From Azolla caroliniana (lineage: Eukaryota > Plantae > Polypodiophyta), in the NCBI GenBank assembly GCA_043228905.1, contig JBHGNT010000008.1:14632001-14696000 (forward strand): a stretch of 64,000 bases of DNA. The letters are read 5' to 3'. Made by a program: the position numbers and the translations under genes. A model generated the notes under the pieces. That model searched no databases and was not told the origin of the DNA. It saw only the letters and a list, made by a program, of their open reading frames with translations. Shown here one piece after another: positions 37,783 through 51,195 of the stretch. Numbering within the stretch: the first letter of the stretch is position 1; each line of letters opens with the position of its first letter.

Positions 37783-40700
37783 TTTCATGATATGGCAAGA
37801 CTCGAACCCATGACCTTATGTTACATGGGTCGAGCTTTTGACCATTAGACTATATGTTGTAATACAAAGGATATTATTTTCATTTAGGTTTTACTATAGA
37901 AAATTGATGTATATTCTAGATTTCTCTGGAACATTCTAGAAACTTCAGGAGTAATCTTGAGAACACTATAAAAGGAGGCACAAGGCATTATTTTGAGCCA
38001 AATCGGTTCAAACTATCAGGAGCAGTACTAAGACAAAGAAGTATTGTCAGGAACAGTACTAAAACAGAGAAGGAATTAGTACTAAAAGATGAGGATTAGT
38101 ACTAAGGGAGGTGTAGAACTCTTGAGAGAGTGAGTGGGAGAGAGAAAGAGAGAGAGAATGAGGATAACAAAAGATATATATTATGTTATGGGAATATACA
38201 ATAGTAGCTAGGTGGCTTAAGACTGGTGTTGAACCGATTTGGTTCGAAATAATGCCTTGTGCCTCCTTTTATAGTGTTCTCAGGAGTATTCTTGAAGTTT
38301 CTAGAATGTTCTAGAGAAATCTGGAATATACATCAATTTTCTCTAGTAAAACCTAAATGAAAATAATATTCTTCATATTACAACATATAGTTTAATGGTC
38401 AAGATCTCGACCCATGTAACATAAGGTCATGGGTTTGAGTCTTGTCATATCATGACATTATGCCCCTTTTAAAACGACAAGTGTCACGAGTAGTTTTGGA
38501 TTGAGGACCCGGTTTGTCTGGATATTGAAGATGGAAGTCTTCAAAAAGAGCATGAGCATTGACCACATTCTCTATTGGTTCCCAATTACGCTCTTTGGGA
38601 CTATATCCTAGCCAATTGACTAAATAGTAGAGGTTGTTGCGAACAATCTTGGAATCGAGGATGGCGGCAACGTCGTACTCAGGTCCATCTTCAAGGTCAA
38701 TTGGGGGTGGAGGTTGTTTAATACGACCTGGGATGGTGCTATCTTGATAGGGTTCAAGGAGAGAACTATGAAACACCGGATGTATCCGAAGTTGTGGAGG
38801 TAGATTGAGACAAAAAGCGACATCATTAATTTTTCCGATAATACGGAAAGTACCTAATCGCCGGTAATCCAACTTCTCGCATTGGCGAGTAGTCTTGATG
38901 TGTCATTGTAGTAGCCACACTCGATCTCCAATGTGAAAATTGGATGAAAGCCGATGACGATCCGCGTAAACCTTGTGTGTTTGTTGAGCTTGCTGTAGAT
39001 GAGTATATAAATCCCCTTGTATCTTACGTAGCCGCTCCAAATGATCCTCTACACAAGGATTTGTGGGTAACTCTGGGGTTTCAAATACACACCATCGGGG
39101 GTGACAACCCGTGTAAGCATAAAATGGTGTCACCTTTGTCGATGAGTGGACAGAGTTATTATACGCAAATTCGGCTAAGTGGAGAATATCCGCCCAATCT
39201 TGGCATTGGTAATGGTTCTAATAAACCATATGGATGATGCCTTGGCATTTTTGCTCTGCAACATGTATCACAAGTCCGAACAAAATCTTCAACAAACATC
39301 GGCGGTTTCTTCATTGGAGATTTCCTTAGTACATGGCAAGAATTGGGCCATCTTCGTATATCGATCTACTACTGTTAAGATCACATCGAATCCCTTAGAG
39401 ACCGGAAGATCTGTGATGAAATCTAGGGCAATGGATTGCCATGGCTTGCTTGGAATTGGTAATGGTTCTAATAAACCATATGGATGATGCCTTGGCATTT
39501 TTGCTCTGCAACATGTATCACAAGTCCGAACAAAATCTTCGACAAACTTCGGCGGTTTCTTCACTGGAGATTTCCTTAGTACATGGCAAGAATTGGGCCA
39601 TCTTCATATATCGATCTACTACTGTTAAGATCGCATCGAATCCCTTAGAGACCGGAAGATCTGTGATGAAATCTAGGGCAATGGATTGCCATGGCTTGCT
39701 TGGAATTGGTAATGGTTCTAATAAACCATATGGATGATGCCTTGGCATTTTTGCTCTGCAACATGTATCACAAGTCTGAACAAAATCTTCGACAAACTTC
39801 GACGGTTTCTTCACTGGAGATTTCCTTAGTACATGGCAAGAATTGGGCCATCTTCGTATATCGATCTACTATTGTTAAGATCGCATCGAATCCCTTAGAG
39901 ACCGGAAGATCTGTGATGAAATCTAGGGCAATGGATTGCCATGGCTTGCTTGGAATTGGTAATGGTTCTAATAAACCATATGGATGATGCCTTGGCATTT
40001 TTGCTCTGCAACATGTATCACAAGTCCGCACAAAATCTTCGACAAACTTCGACGATTTCTTCATTGGAGATTTCCTTGGTACATGGCAGGAATTGGGCCA
40101 TCTTCGTATATCGATCTACTACTGTTAAGATCGCATCGAATCCCTTAGAGACCGTAAGATCTGTGATGAAATCTAGGGCAATGGATTGCCATGGCTTGCT
40201 TGGAATTGGCAATGGTTCTAATAAACCATATGGATGATGCCTTGGCCTTTTTGCTCTGCAACATGTATCACAAGTCTGAATAAAATCTTCGACAAATTGT
40301 CACATATGGGGCCACTAGAAGGATCGTTGTACTAAATTTAGTGTTTTAGTACTACCAAAATGCCCAGTTGTATATGTGTCATGATAGTTTTGGACTACTT
40401 GAAGGCGACAAGTACCATTAGGAACATACAAGAGTTTCTTAAAGAATAGTAATCCATCATGACATTTGAATTGTCGATAGTCCGTACCTGGTTGTTGCGA
40501 CTTTGAACAAGATGCTCGAGAGGGATCAATTTGTGCTAGAATGGCTTGAGCGAAAACATCTGTCTTCAAGTCCTCACGTATAGTATTGATAACGTGGGAA
40601 TCCAAGGGCATACCAAAGACCTGCGTTGCTTGCAGTCGTGCCGGTCCCAAGATTACTTGCTTTTTGTTATCGAAAGCTGGCTCGTCGGGACATGGTGCTA

Positions 40701-41989
40701 GATACGAACGCCGTGAGAATGCATCTGCCATCTCTTGTTGCTTCCCCAAACGATACGTAATTTTGAAGTCGAAACGAGTGAGGAATTGGGCTCACCGAGC
40801 TTGAAGTTGATTTAACACACGAGCATTCTGAAAGTAGGCAAGGTTTTTGTGATCATTGAATACGATGACTTGATGGGAAGACCCCTTTAAAAAATGCGTG
40901 TCATGATATAGCAAGACTCAAACCCATGACCTTATGTTACATGGGTCGAGCACTTGACCATTAAACTATATGTTGTAATACAAAATATATTATTTTCATT
41001 TAGGTTTTACTATAGAAAATTGATGCACCCACAAACAGACGACCAAGTAGAACGAACAAATCAAATGTTGGAGCAGTATCTTCGGTGCTTTTTAAGCTAT
41101 CATCAAGATGATTGGGCGGATATTCTCCACTTCGCCGAATTTGCGTATAATAACTCTTTCCACTCATCGACAAAGGTGACACCATTTTATGCTTACACGG
41201 GCTGTCACCCCTGATGGTGTGTATTTGAAGTCCCAGAGTTACCCACAAATCCTTCTGCAGAGGATTGATACCCACAAATCCTTGTGCAGAGGATTGTTTG
41301 GAGCGACTACGTAAGATACAAGCGGATTCATCTACTCATCTACAACAAGCTCAACAAACACACAAGGTTCACGCGGATCATCCTCGGCTTCCATCCAGTT
41401 TTCACATTGGAGATCGGGTGTGGCTACTACGACGACACATCAAGACTACTTGCCCATGCGAGAAGTTGGATTACCGACGATTAGGTCCTCAATCCAAAAC
41501 TACTCGTGACACTCGTCGTTTTAAAAGGGGGATAGTGTCATGATATGGCAAGACTCAAACCCATGACCTTATGTTACATAGGTCGAGCTCTTGACCATTA
41601 GACTATATGTTGTGATACGAAGGATATTATTTTCATTTAGGTTTTACTATAGAAAATTGATTTATATTCCAGATTTCTCTTCAACATTCTAGAAACTTTA
41701 GGAGTATTCCTGAGAACACTATAAAAGGAAACACAAGGCATTATTTCGAACCAAATCGGTTCAACGCTAGTCTCAAGCCTCCCAGCTACTATTGTATATT
41801 CCCTTAACATAATATATATCTTTTGTTATCCTCATGTTCTCTCTCTCTCTCACTCACTCACTCTCTCTCTCCTTCACTTGAGAGTTCTACACCTACCTTT
41901 GTACTAATCCTCATCTTTTAGTACTAATTCCTTCTCTATTTTAGTATTGTTCCTGAGAGTACTTCTCTGTCTTAGTATTGCTCATGACA
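37783..41989. mobile_element. Rearranged composite of chromovirus copies of one family, flanked by TSD AGGAG
   Basis: (+) LTR part 37783-38013; (-) LTR 38014-38457 followed by chromodomain/integrase/RNase H to 40898; (+) LTR part 40899-41025; (+) integrase end; PPT; (+) LTR 41536-41989; AGGAG at 37778-37782 and 41990-41994. Confidence 0.88.
39201..40296 (-). repeat. 250-bp tandem repeat (about 4.4 copies) of an integrase fragment
   Basis: Units start at 39201, 39451, 39701, 39951 and 40201; each encodes CDTCCRAK...PWQSIALDFITDLP. Confidence 0.95.
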
Positions 41990-42063
41990 AGGAGGAGCTA
42001 TGGAGGAAGAAATAGTTCGATGTCATGCGATTCCTTCTTCATGTTTGTTGATGGGACTATAGG
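41990..42063 (+). pseudogene. RPL15: RPL15 processed pseudogene, piece 2
   Basis: EELWRKK*FDVMRFLLHVC*WDYR versus consensus [24 protein letters not shown]. Confidence 0.85.
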
Positions 42064-42150
42064 TGTAAAAAGAACGTGCGGAAGCAACAGAAAACAGAAC
42101 GTAGGAAAAAAACACAGGTTTAATGGAGAGCTTGGACACACACAGTACAC

Positions 42151-42188
<38 letters not shown>

Positions 42189-45100
42189 GCACACAATTCT
42201 CTTCAAGATAATAATCCTCAATCTATACATAGAATGTGTTGAGTGAGCACTTTTATATAAGTCCATACGGACTGACAGAAGTACTGACACGTACTTCAAC
42301 GCTCATAAATGAGATCTACACTAACTCTCAAAATATATTCCTACGCGGAATATCTTTCCAACGGCCTCGTGGTTTACACACCGCTACGGCTTCTTGTTAC
42401 GCACTGGTTTACGCACCCGGTTTACACGTCGGTCCGGCCTAACCGATTGGTCCCAATCGATCCGGTTCTCGGCTTGCACAGCCGATCTGACCAATGTTGA
42501 GCTTGTATCTCAACACTCCCCCTCAAGCTCAACTTGAGGCTCTTCTTGTTTTTCCAGATCACCACTCCGGTTTCTTCTGGCTTCACGCCTCGCTCGTGCT
42601 CCTCGTCCTGTTCGATTCCGCACGCCTCGAGCCTTCCAGTCGGCATGTGTGCTCGTGCGGCCCTTCTCAGCTCCCTTGCTGTCGTGGTGGTGGCGCCTCT
42701 TCGGTTGCCCTTTCTTCCGTTTGGCCCTCGGTTGATTCAACGTCTCCGAATCAAACATCTGAACCAAATCGGCTTCCTCCGATCGGTTTTCGCTCTCGTC
42801 TGAGTTGACTATCTCCCACTCATCTTTGGTCTTCTCGCCCTTCTTGGCTTCATCTCCCCTATGCTTGGCTGGCTTCCGCTCTTTCTTTTGGCTGCTGCCC
42901 TCACGTCCGTTTTCGGACTCTTTCACGGATCCGCCCTCGGGCTTGTTCAACCGACCCGAAATCGAAATCGTCATTTGACTCGGCGTCACGGTGTCTTCCG
43001 CTCCTTTCATGCTCCCTTCCGTGGTCATCCGGGACTGCTCTCCCCCTCGAGTTCGGCACATCTAAGTGTCGTAACCCAAGCGCACCCGAGAATTGCCGCA
43101 ACTTGTCGAAACCAAGGGGCTTGGTGAAAATGTCGGGGGTCTGCTGATCTGTCGGAACATACTGAAGTTCGACTTCACCGGAGAGGACACGCTCGTGGAC
43201 AAAGTGGTAGTGCACCTCAATGTGCTTAGTCTGGGTGTGGAAGATAGGGTTCTTCGCTAGCTGGATGCTACTGAGGTTGTCGCAGTAGATTGTCGTCGGA
43301 TCGGACACCTGCACCTACAGATCGTTAAGTAGCCGTTTCAGCCAGATGGCTTCGCATGTGGCAATAGCTGCTCCTCTATACTCGGCTTCAGTGCTCGATA
43401 GTGCAACTATCAGCTGCTTCCTTCTACTCCACGCGATCGCAACGCTCCCAAGAGAGAACGCGAATCCCGATGTGGATCGACAATCGCCGGCTTTTCCGAC
43501 CCAATCAGCATTGGTATAACCGACTAATTGCGCAGTAGTATCGGTCCAATATAGTAGCCCTCGGTCCTTAGTGCCATAGACATACCGGAGTACGCGTTGT
43601 GCACACTGAAGGTGCTCCTCGGTTGGCCGCACCATGAAATGACTAATCACGCGGACTGGGTAACTGAGGTCTGGTCGAGTGATAGTCTAGTATATGAGGC
43701 TTCTGACAATCTGTCGAAACCTCTTCAGGTCGCAAACATTTCCGGAGTTGGGGCGAAGCTTGACGATTCTATCCAGAGCAATCGAGACGGACTTACAATC
43801 TGCCATCTCAAACTTGAAGGGCATACCCAGCATGTAATGCCGTTGGGGGTACGGATCACTTCGATCCCGAGGAAGTAATGAAGGTTCCACAGGTCCTTCA
43901 TGTCAAATGATGCCGCGAGCTGGAGTTTTACGCGGTCAATTTCACCGAGGTCGGCGCCGATGATGACCAAGTCATCAACATAAAGTAAAATACTAACCGG
44001 CTTGAGATGACCTTTCCGAATGAACAGTGAAGAGTCCGATTTGGACGTCGCAAATCCCATCCTAAGCAATCGCTGCGTGATTTTCACTTTCCAAGCACGT
44101 GGGGCTTGCTTTAGTCCGTAAAGGGACTTCTTCAACCGGCAGACCGCTGAAGTGTTCATTCCGGAGTGAAATCCGGGGGGCTGTACCATGTACACTAGTT
44201 CCTCAAGCTCGCCTTGTAGGAATGCATTCTTGACATCCATTTGATGTAAATGCCACCCCTTCGCTGCAACTATGGCTAGCAGAACACGCATGGTAGTCAT
44301 CTTCGGGACAGGCGCAAAGGTCTCGTCGTAGTCCACCCTATGCTTCTGCGCGTAGCCTTTCGCTACAAACTGGGCCTTGTATTGGTTGACCGAGCCATCG
44401 GTGTTGTACTAGACCTTGAACACCCACCTACATCCAATCGGCTTCACACCCTTCGGTGCGTCAACTAGGTTCTAGGTTTCATTCTTTGCTAATGTCCGCA
44501 TCTCTTCCTCCATTGCGGCATGCCAATTTGCGTCCTTCGTCGCTTCTGCGTAGCTCTCCAGCTCCCGCATTTCCGCTACACGCGTCATGTACGCATAGTG
44601 ATGCGCCATGTACTCGTTGTATCCGAACCACACAAAAGGGTTCTTTTGGCGGGTAGATCGGCGTAATTGCTCATTAGCCGATGTTGAGGCTTTCTTGGTT
44701 GATGCGGACTTCGCTCTTGGAGGCCCGTCATCGCTCTCCTCGGAGACGGATTTGCATCGATCCGACTCGCCCCTGTCCGTGCCGTACTTCGGCATCTTCT
44801 TCTTCCCTTTTGCCTTGCGCGTAAACGGTCTCCTCGGCTTCCTGCGCGGGGAATGCACGACCGAGTCTCCACTACTCGCCAGCTCTTCTTCGGACTGGTC
44901 AAACCAACCCAATCTCTTGTTCGGTCCACTTAGCCGAAGTGAAATTTGACTCTCATCGAGGGTCTTGATTTCGTGGTCATCCAGAGGCATTTCAACCTCG
45001 ATGACCTCATCGTCAGAACTCAGGTTCGGAGATCCGGAGTTGGAGTTGAGGTCCGGTGTCGGAGGCAAGTACCAGGACACGGACTCGTCAAACACAACAT

Positions 45101-47519
45101 CGCGGCTCACGCAAGGTTGTTTGGTTCGGGGGTTATAACACTTATAACCCTTCAGTTCGTCCAAATAGCCGACCAAGATACACTCCTCTGCTTTCGCGTC
45201 CAACTTCCTCCGTTTCTCCTTCAGCACATGCACATACGCAATGCTACCGAAAACTCTCAAGTGTTGTAGATTCGGCTTTCTTCCGAAATACAGCTCATAT
45301 GCCGACACTTTGTCTCCGATCCGATTCTGGATGTAGACCGCGGTTCCTACCGCTTCAGCCCAACAAAAGTTGGGCAAGATCTTTTCTTCTAGCATCGCAT
45401 TGCCCGCGCCGCTTCCACAACTGACCGATTTTTCCTTTTGCCTACGCCGTTTTGCTCCGGCGTATACTTGCAACTGAATTCACGCCGAATTCCCATTTGT
45501 TGTAGATAACTGTTGAATTGGCTAGAAAAGTACTCTTTTCTGCCATCGGACCGCAGACACTTGATCTTTCTCCATGTTTCTCTTTCTACGAAGCTTTTGA
45601 GGTCCCGAAAACAGTCGAAGACTTCATTCTTCTTTTCAATTAGATAGATCCACGTGTGCCGCGTGTAGTCGTCGATGAAGGAGACAAAATATCGACTCCC
45701 ACCAAGACTAACGTTCTGTGCCGGCCCCCATACATCTGAGTGTATCAAGTTGAGCTTGTTCCGGCTCCGGTTACGCTCGTTGGGAAAACGAAGTCGGTGT
45801 TGCGTCCCTAGCTGGCAGGCTTCACAAATTTGGGCCTTGCGGTCATTGAATTTGGCCAATCCGAACACAACTTGTTTCGATTGCAAGTCCTGAAGCCTTT
45901 GATAGTGGACATGGCCTATCCGCTTGTGCCACAAGTCGATATCCGACGCGACTTTTTGTGCTTTTGCGAACATTGCGGTGCCAACGTCATTGGTGTCGAG
46001 GATAAACATCCTCCCGTCTCTACGCCCCTACGCAATAACTTGGCCTTCCTCCTCGATGAAGCACCCGAGATGCGTGAACCAGACTTGCATCCCCTAGTCG
46101 ACGATCTGCCCGACCGACACCAGATTCTTCATGATTGTTGGGGTGTGTAACACGTTCATGAGTTTCCCTTTTTGCCCGACATGGCTCAGGGGAACTTCAC
46201 CGACATTCTCGATCGGATGCGGAGTGTCGTCTCCTTTTGCGACTACTCGTGATTGCATCGGTTTCTCAAGGTATGAGAACCACTCCTTATGGCTCGTCAT
46301 GTGGTTTGACGCACCGGAGTCAACGTACCACACCTCGTCCAATTTCGGGGTGGTCTTCTTCATTGAGTTTGCCTTGTGTCTCGTCACGAAGGCTGCCCCC
46401 TTTCCGACTTTCTCAGATCCTTCGGCGTAGTGCGATCGCTGTCGATTTCCTTTGTTGGTTTGTCCGGATCCGAATCCGGTTTTCTCCGAATCGGCGCGCT
46501 TTTCCAGCACTCCCTCTCCTTGTGGCCTTTCTTGCCACAATACCAGCATTCCACAACAGATTTCCCTTGCCTGTTCTCGACACCTCGACTCTCTTTGTTT
46601 CCGGAGGGTCTCGAATTGCTGTCGGCATCACTACAGTGCCTTCTTCCTTGATCCCGTCGACCGCCTCCATTGCGCACCGACTCGCCTTGTCCGCCACGAC
46701 CATGGGGCCTGTCTCCCTCTGTGTACAACATCTTGCTATCAGCATGCGTACTCGTCGACGCACCCGCCTGATTCTCCTCTATAAGGAGCATCGACTATAG
46801 GTCGAAAAACGACGACATATTTTCCCTTGTGCACACAACAATTCGGAACACTCCGAACTTCAACGCCAGTCCCCTGAGATAGATTTGCACCATCTCGCCT
46901 TCCTCGATGTTCACATTGATGGAGGCTAAGGAGTCGCACATATCTTTGATCTTCGAGGTGTAATCAGCCATCGACAAGTCGCGTTGTCGTAAGTTGCTCA
47001 GCTCCTGTCAGAGTTAGAGCTTTCTGGATGTGGTGCTTGTGGCGAAAATCTTTTTCAGATTTCCCCAAGCATCCTTCAGTGTTTTCGTATCCCCAATATA
47101 GCTCAGAAGTTGTTTGCCAACACAAGACGCGAAGCAGTAGAGAACTCTGCTCGCGGATAGTTCCCAAGCCGGGAAGTCTTTGTGTGTCGAATCGGGTGTT
47201 GTGTATTTTGCTCCGTCGACATAGCTCCAATATCCATGCCCGAGCAGGTAATGGTGCATCTTGTACGACCAAGACGCGTAGTTGTTTCTGTCGAGCTTCT
47301 TGGTTGGAAGCAAGCTAGCCATGCCTCTATCCATTTTGTTTTTCCTGTTTTTTATTTTTACGAAGGTTAGGTTTTCTTCTCGAGCTAAGGTCGGCTGCAG
47401 AGGTTCTCAACCCTCGCACTTTGATACCATGTAAAAAGAACAAAGTGCGGAAGCAACAGAAAACAGAACGTTGGAAAAAAACACAAGTTTAATGGAGAGC
47501 TTGGACACACATAGTACGC

Positions 47520-47565
<46 letters not shown>

Positions 47566-47879
47566 GCACACAACTCTCTTCAAGATAATAATACTCAATC
47601 TGTGCATAGAATGTGCTCAGTGAGCACTTTTATACAAGTCCATACGGACTGACAGAAGTACTGACACGTACTTCAATGCTCATAAATGAGCTCTACACTA
47701 ACTCCCAAAATATATTCCTACGCGGAATATCTTTCCAATGGCCTCACGGTTTACGCACTGCTACGGCTTCTTGTTGCGCACTAGTTTACGCGCCGGTCCG
47801 CCCTAACCAATTAGTCCCAACCGATCCGGTTCTCGGCTTGCACAACCGATCTGGCCAATGTTGAGCTTGTATCTCAACA
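42064..47879 (-). mobile_element. Full-length Ty1/copia element C with degenerate ORF
   Basis: 5' LTR 47430-47879; 3' LTR 42064-42515; PBS TGGTATCAAAG ending at 47429; PPT 42516-42527; TSD ATAGG on both sides; gag/PR/INT/RT/RH motifs from 47334 to 42901. Confidence 0.97.
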
Positions 47880-48392
47880 ATAGGCAACTTCCTGGAATGG
47901 TTCGCATCACTCGCCCTACCCGGCCAAACAAAGCTCATTGTCTCGGTTATAAGAAAAAACAGGGTTATGTCGTCTACTGTGTTTCGTGTAAGGAGAGGAG
48001 AACATAAGAGGGATGTCTCCAAAGGCATTCTTTATGGTAAACCAAAGAACCAGGGTGTTACACAATTGAAATTCTGACGTACTTTGCACTTTGTTGCGGA
48101 CGAGAGAGCTGGACAAAAGCTTGGAGGTTTACGTGTGTTGAACTCTTACTAGATTAATCAAGATTCAACGTACACATATTGTAGATTTGGCTCATACTCT
48201 CATTCGGAAGTATCCTAGTATCAATTGGTTGTGTAATCTTGTTCACAAACACCATGAATTGAGAGGTCTTACTTCTATTGGTTAGAAGTACCCTGGACTT
48301 TGAGGGAAAGGTCAGAACAACTGTAAGTGCAAGCCTTCAATTCATGCTACATGGAAGCGCAACAATACAGTGTCCCTCCACCAAATTGTTGA
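47880..48392 (+). pseudogene. RPL15: RPL15 processed pseudogene, piece 3 (intronless)
   Basis: [32 protein letters not shown]...[13 protein letters not shown]...[16 protein letters not shown]...[12 protein letters not shown]...ATWKRNNT. Confidence 0.93.
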
Positions 48393-48642
48393 TGAAGTTA
48401 GTGTGTTTGTGCTCAAAATGATCTAGATGATGATTTTATTTTCTTGAGAGTTGAATGGATTTCCTTGTTTTTTCTCTTAATTTCAGTTGTTACCTTGGTA
48501 ATTTTGTTATTAATCAATGATGATGAGTTTTGGAGAGAGAGAGAGAAAGAAAGAAAGAAAGGGGGAGGGGGTTGGATGTGGGGGAAAAGATGGGAGAGAG
48601 ACAGAGAGAGACGAAACAGAAAACAAAGAGAGAGAAAGAGAG

Positions 48643-48807
48643 CCGGTATTTTCTGTCTATTCTGATGATATGATGGGTTAATTACACACTTTACTAATGT
48701 TAATGGTGGGAGTTGCAGAATTCGCAATTGGGCTGGCCATTCCAGTGGTAACTTCTCGAATTCACGGGACCATTGTTGTGGAATTTCCTAATCACATGAA
48801 AGGTCGA
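48643..48807 (+). pseudogene. nad4L: Nuclear copy of the 3' half of mitochondrial nad4L (NUMT), unedited form
   Basis: VFSVYSDDMMG*L...AEFAIGLAIPVVTSRIHGTIVVEF..MKG matches the plant Nad4L C-terminus; CGA stands at the stop position 48805-48807. Confidence 0.85.
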
Positions 48808-49942
48808 GCACCATTAAATTCAATTGCACTTCGTTTTTCCTTCTTGAATATAAAGTATACTTTGGCATTAAGAGGGGAGATACGATTCAAATCACTCTTT
48901 TGAAAGCTGATTTACTGAAATCAAACACTTTTTTCTTTCGGCTACTTCTTGCTTCGACTTTTCAAGCCAAGATTAGGGTTTATTTTAATATATGAACCTG
49001 GGCATATACGGGCTTTATGAGGATGAAATTCTCTGGATAGAAAGTAGGGTCCCATTCACGTTATTTGCTTCCACCACCGGCTTGCTAGAGGCTCTATGGT
49101 TTCTGAAGTAATAACTTTTAATATATTAAGAACAATTTAATAGAATCACCATGACTAATGCTTACTCTTTTATAGTCCTAGAGAAAGAGAGAGAGAGAAG
49201 GCGCCACGAGCGTGATCGACCTCTTCGAAGTGGCCCTCCTCTAGCAAGCAAGGATGAGCTACAAGAAGGTGGGAATTTGTTGCCATCAAGATCCATACCA
49301 TTTTCCGAGGGTTCTAGGTTTAGTACTATATCAATTTTTAACCATGTTTGTATGTGTCCATGTGTGCATGTGTATTTGCATATGCATGGCTGTGTTTCTG
49401 TGTGTGTATTTGTATGCATGTATGAATGCATGCACACATGCAATTGCAACATTCTCTCTCATGTTTTTATTTCCATGTTAATTTGTGTATTTGCTATTGT
49501 CATTTCCAAGGCAAGAAGAGCTCTTTTGGTCTTGAGAAGCCACATGGGGTGGTGCTTTCTTTAGGAAGGACCCTACCGAGGTTGATTGGAGTACATGTTA
49601 CATTTTGAGGCAAGTTGTGGAGAGTATTGTTGCAATGAGACTTGCCCGTCGTTGCATTGTCGAAGTATGTATTCATCTTGTGATCTTGGTGGATATTGAG
49701 CCTTGTTTTTCACTTATTGTGGCATGTTTTCTCCTTTTTCATGCAAATAAAGTCGTGAGAAATGATTAAACATTGTTCTTCTTAGGAGCTTAGTAGAAAC
49801 CAAGTCTGGTTGTGCATATTGGTCAAGGAATGTATAATAGTTTAAGAAAATAGCTTTATGCATTCATTGTGTTTCCTTTTTATTCTTGAAATTAAAAAGA
49901 AATGATGAAAATATTTGTACTTTAGGAAACCCTAATCCCAAT

Positions 49943-50092
49943 GATTTTCGACTTGGGATGATGGCTATCCATGACCTTTGCAGACGTAGAAACAAACGTT
50001 AGTAGAAGACCCCTGCATATGGACACTTTGGTCGTGATGATCCTGATTTCACATGGGAAATCGCTAAGCCATTGAAGTGGGAGAAAACTTAG
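49943..50092 (+). pseudogene. SAMS: S-adenosylmethionine synthetase C-terminal fragment
   Basis: DFRLGMMAI...KTPAYGHFGRDDPDFTWEIAKPLKWEK matches the plant MAT/SAMS C-terminus. Confidence 0.88.
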
Positions 50093-51099
50093 CTCTGCAT
50101 ATTTTTTTATTAGTAATTGTTAGAATGAAACAAAAGATAAACAAAATTTACTATTATGACTAGGGGTTTTGGCTTATGGTCTATGTCTTTATTTCTATAA
50201 GAGAAGTATGCAAAAATAAGAATGAAATGGTTGGAAAGGAAAATATAGAGGAAGGAGAGGATATTTTGCTTATTATAATTTTTTCCTCTTAAAACTCCTT
50301 TTTAACTAATATGGGAATTTTGTTCCATTTGTTTGAAGTTTTTTCTTTAGATATTTGTTTTCTTTTGATTACTTCAAATGGAAGACAAATAATGGGTTAT
50401 TTATGAAGAGAGCAGAGCAACAAATATTCACCTACTATGTGTGGTGATGGAGATGCTGAATTAATTGGATGTCTTCATCAAAGACTCGTTGTGTTTAATT
50501 GCTTTTCTATATGATATCTTTGTATTTAAGGATATGGAGCTTTTGATACTTGAGACTAGGCTTCACACCTATCTAGTTTTTATTTTGGTGTTCAGTCTAC
50601 GTTGAGAATGCACGCACCATCAAGGCTCTCATACCATGAGTTTGTTTTGGGGCTAGCTATCAAGGGAGGTCGAAGCTACGATTGTCTTTTGTTCTATCAA
50701 TATGGCTAGTCTTCATTCCTTTCATGACTTTCAAGATGTGGAGGTTGGCATTTATTAGAAACATTTTTGAAGCCAAGTGGGTCTTTTTTCATCGAGTCAC
50801 ACCCACTTTACTCTTCACTGACTGTGTTCGTGTATTTTTATTATCATCTGACATTGTGTTCATCTTTCTTGGTGCTACATTATTACAAGAATGCAAGGTC
50901 CTGATTTCTAGTTGTTGTAAAGGGAGGAGATTGATAAATAAATAATTGTATGTGTTGTAATATAGAACTGTTTCCATTACTTTCCTCTCATCTAATGAAT
51001 TATTGTTTGTTTGAAACATTATTTGAACCTTAGGTGTTTTATTATTATAGTAAGTTGGTTTTGCATGTGTTTGTTGTGAACTATATAATTTAAGAAAAA

Positions 51100-51195
51100 G
51101 GTGTACTAGAAAGAGATGTTGTATTGCCAATAGTGTGATTGATATGTATGTCAAATGTGGCTTGACCCATGTAGCACATATATTGCTTGATCAGG
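51100..51195 (+). pseudogene. PLS-type PPR repeat fragment
   Basis: IANSVIDMYVKCGLTHVAHILLDQ resembles the GNALIDMYAKCG..A..VFD PPR motif. Confidence 0.6.

Noticed and set aside
48815-49130. Mitochondrial sdh4 following nad4L
   Set aside because: Only a faint LNI..WH resemblance; not supportable without alignment.
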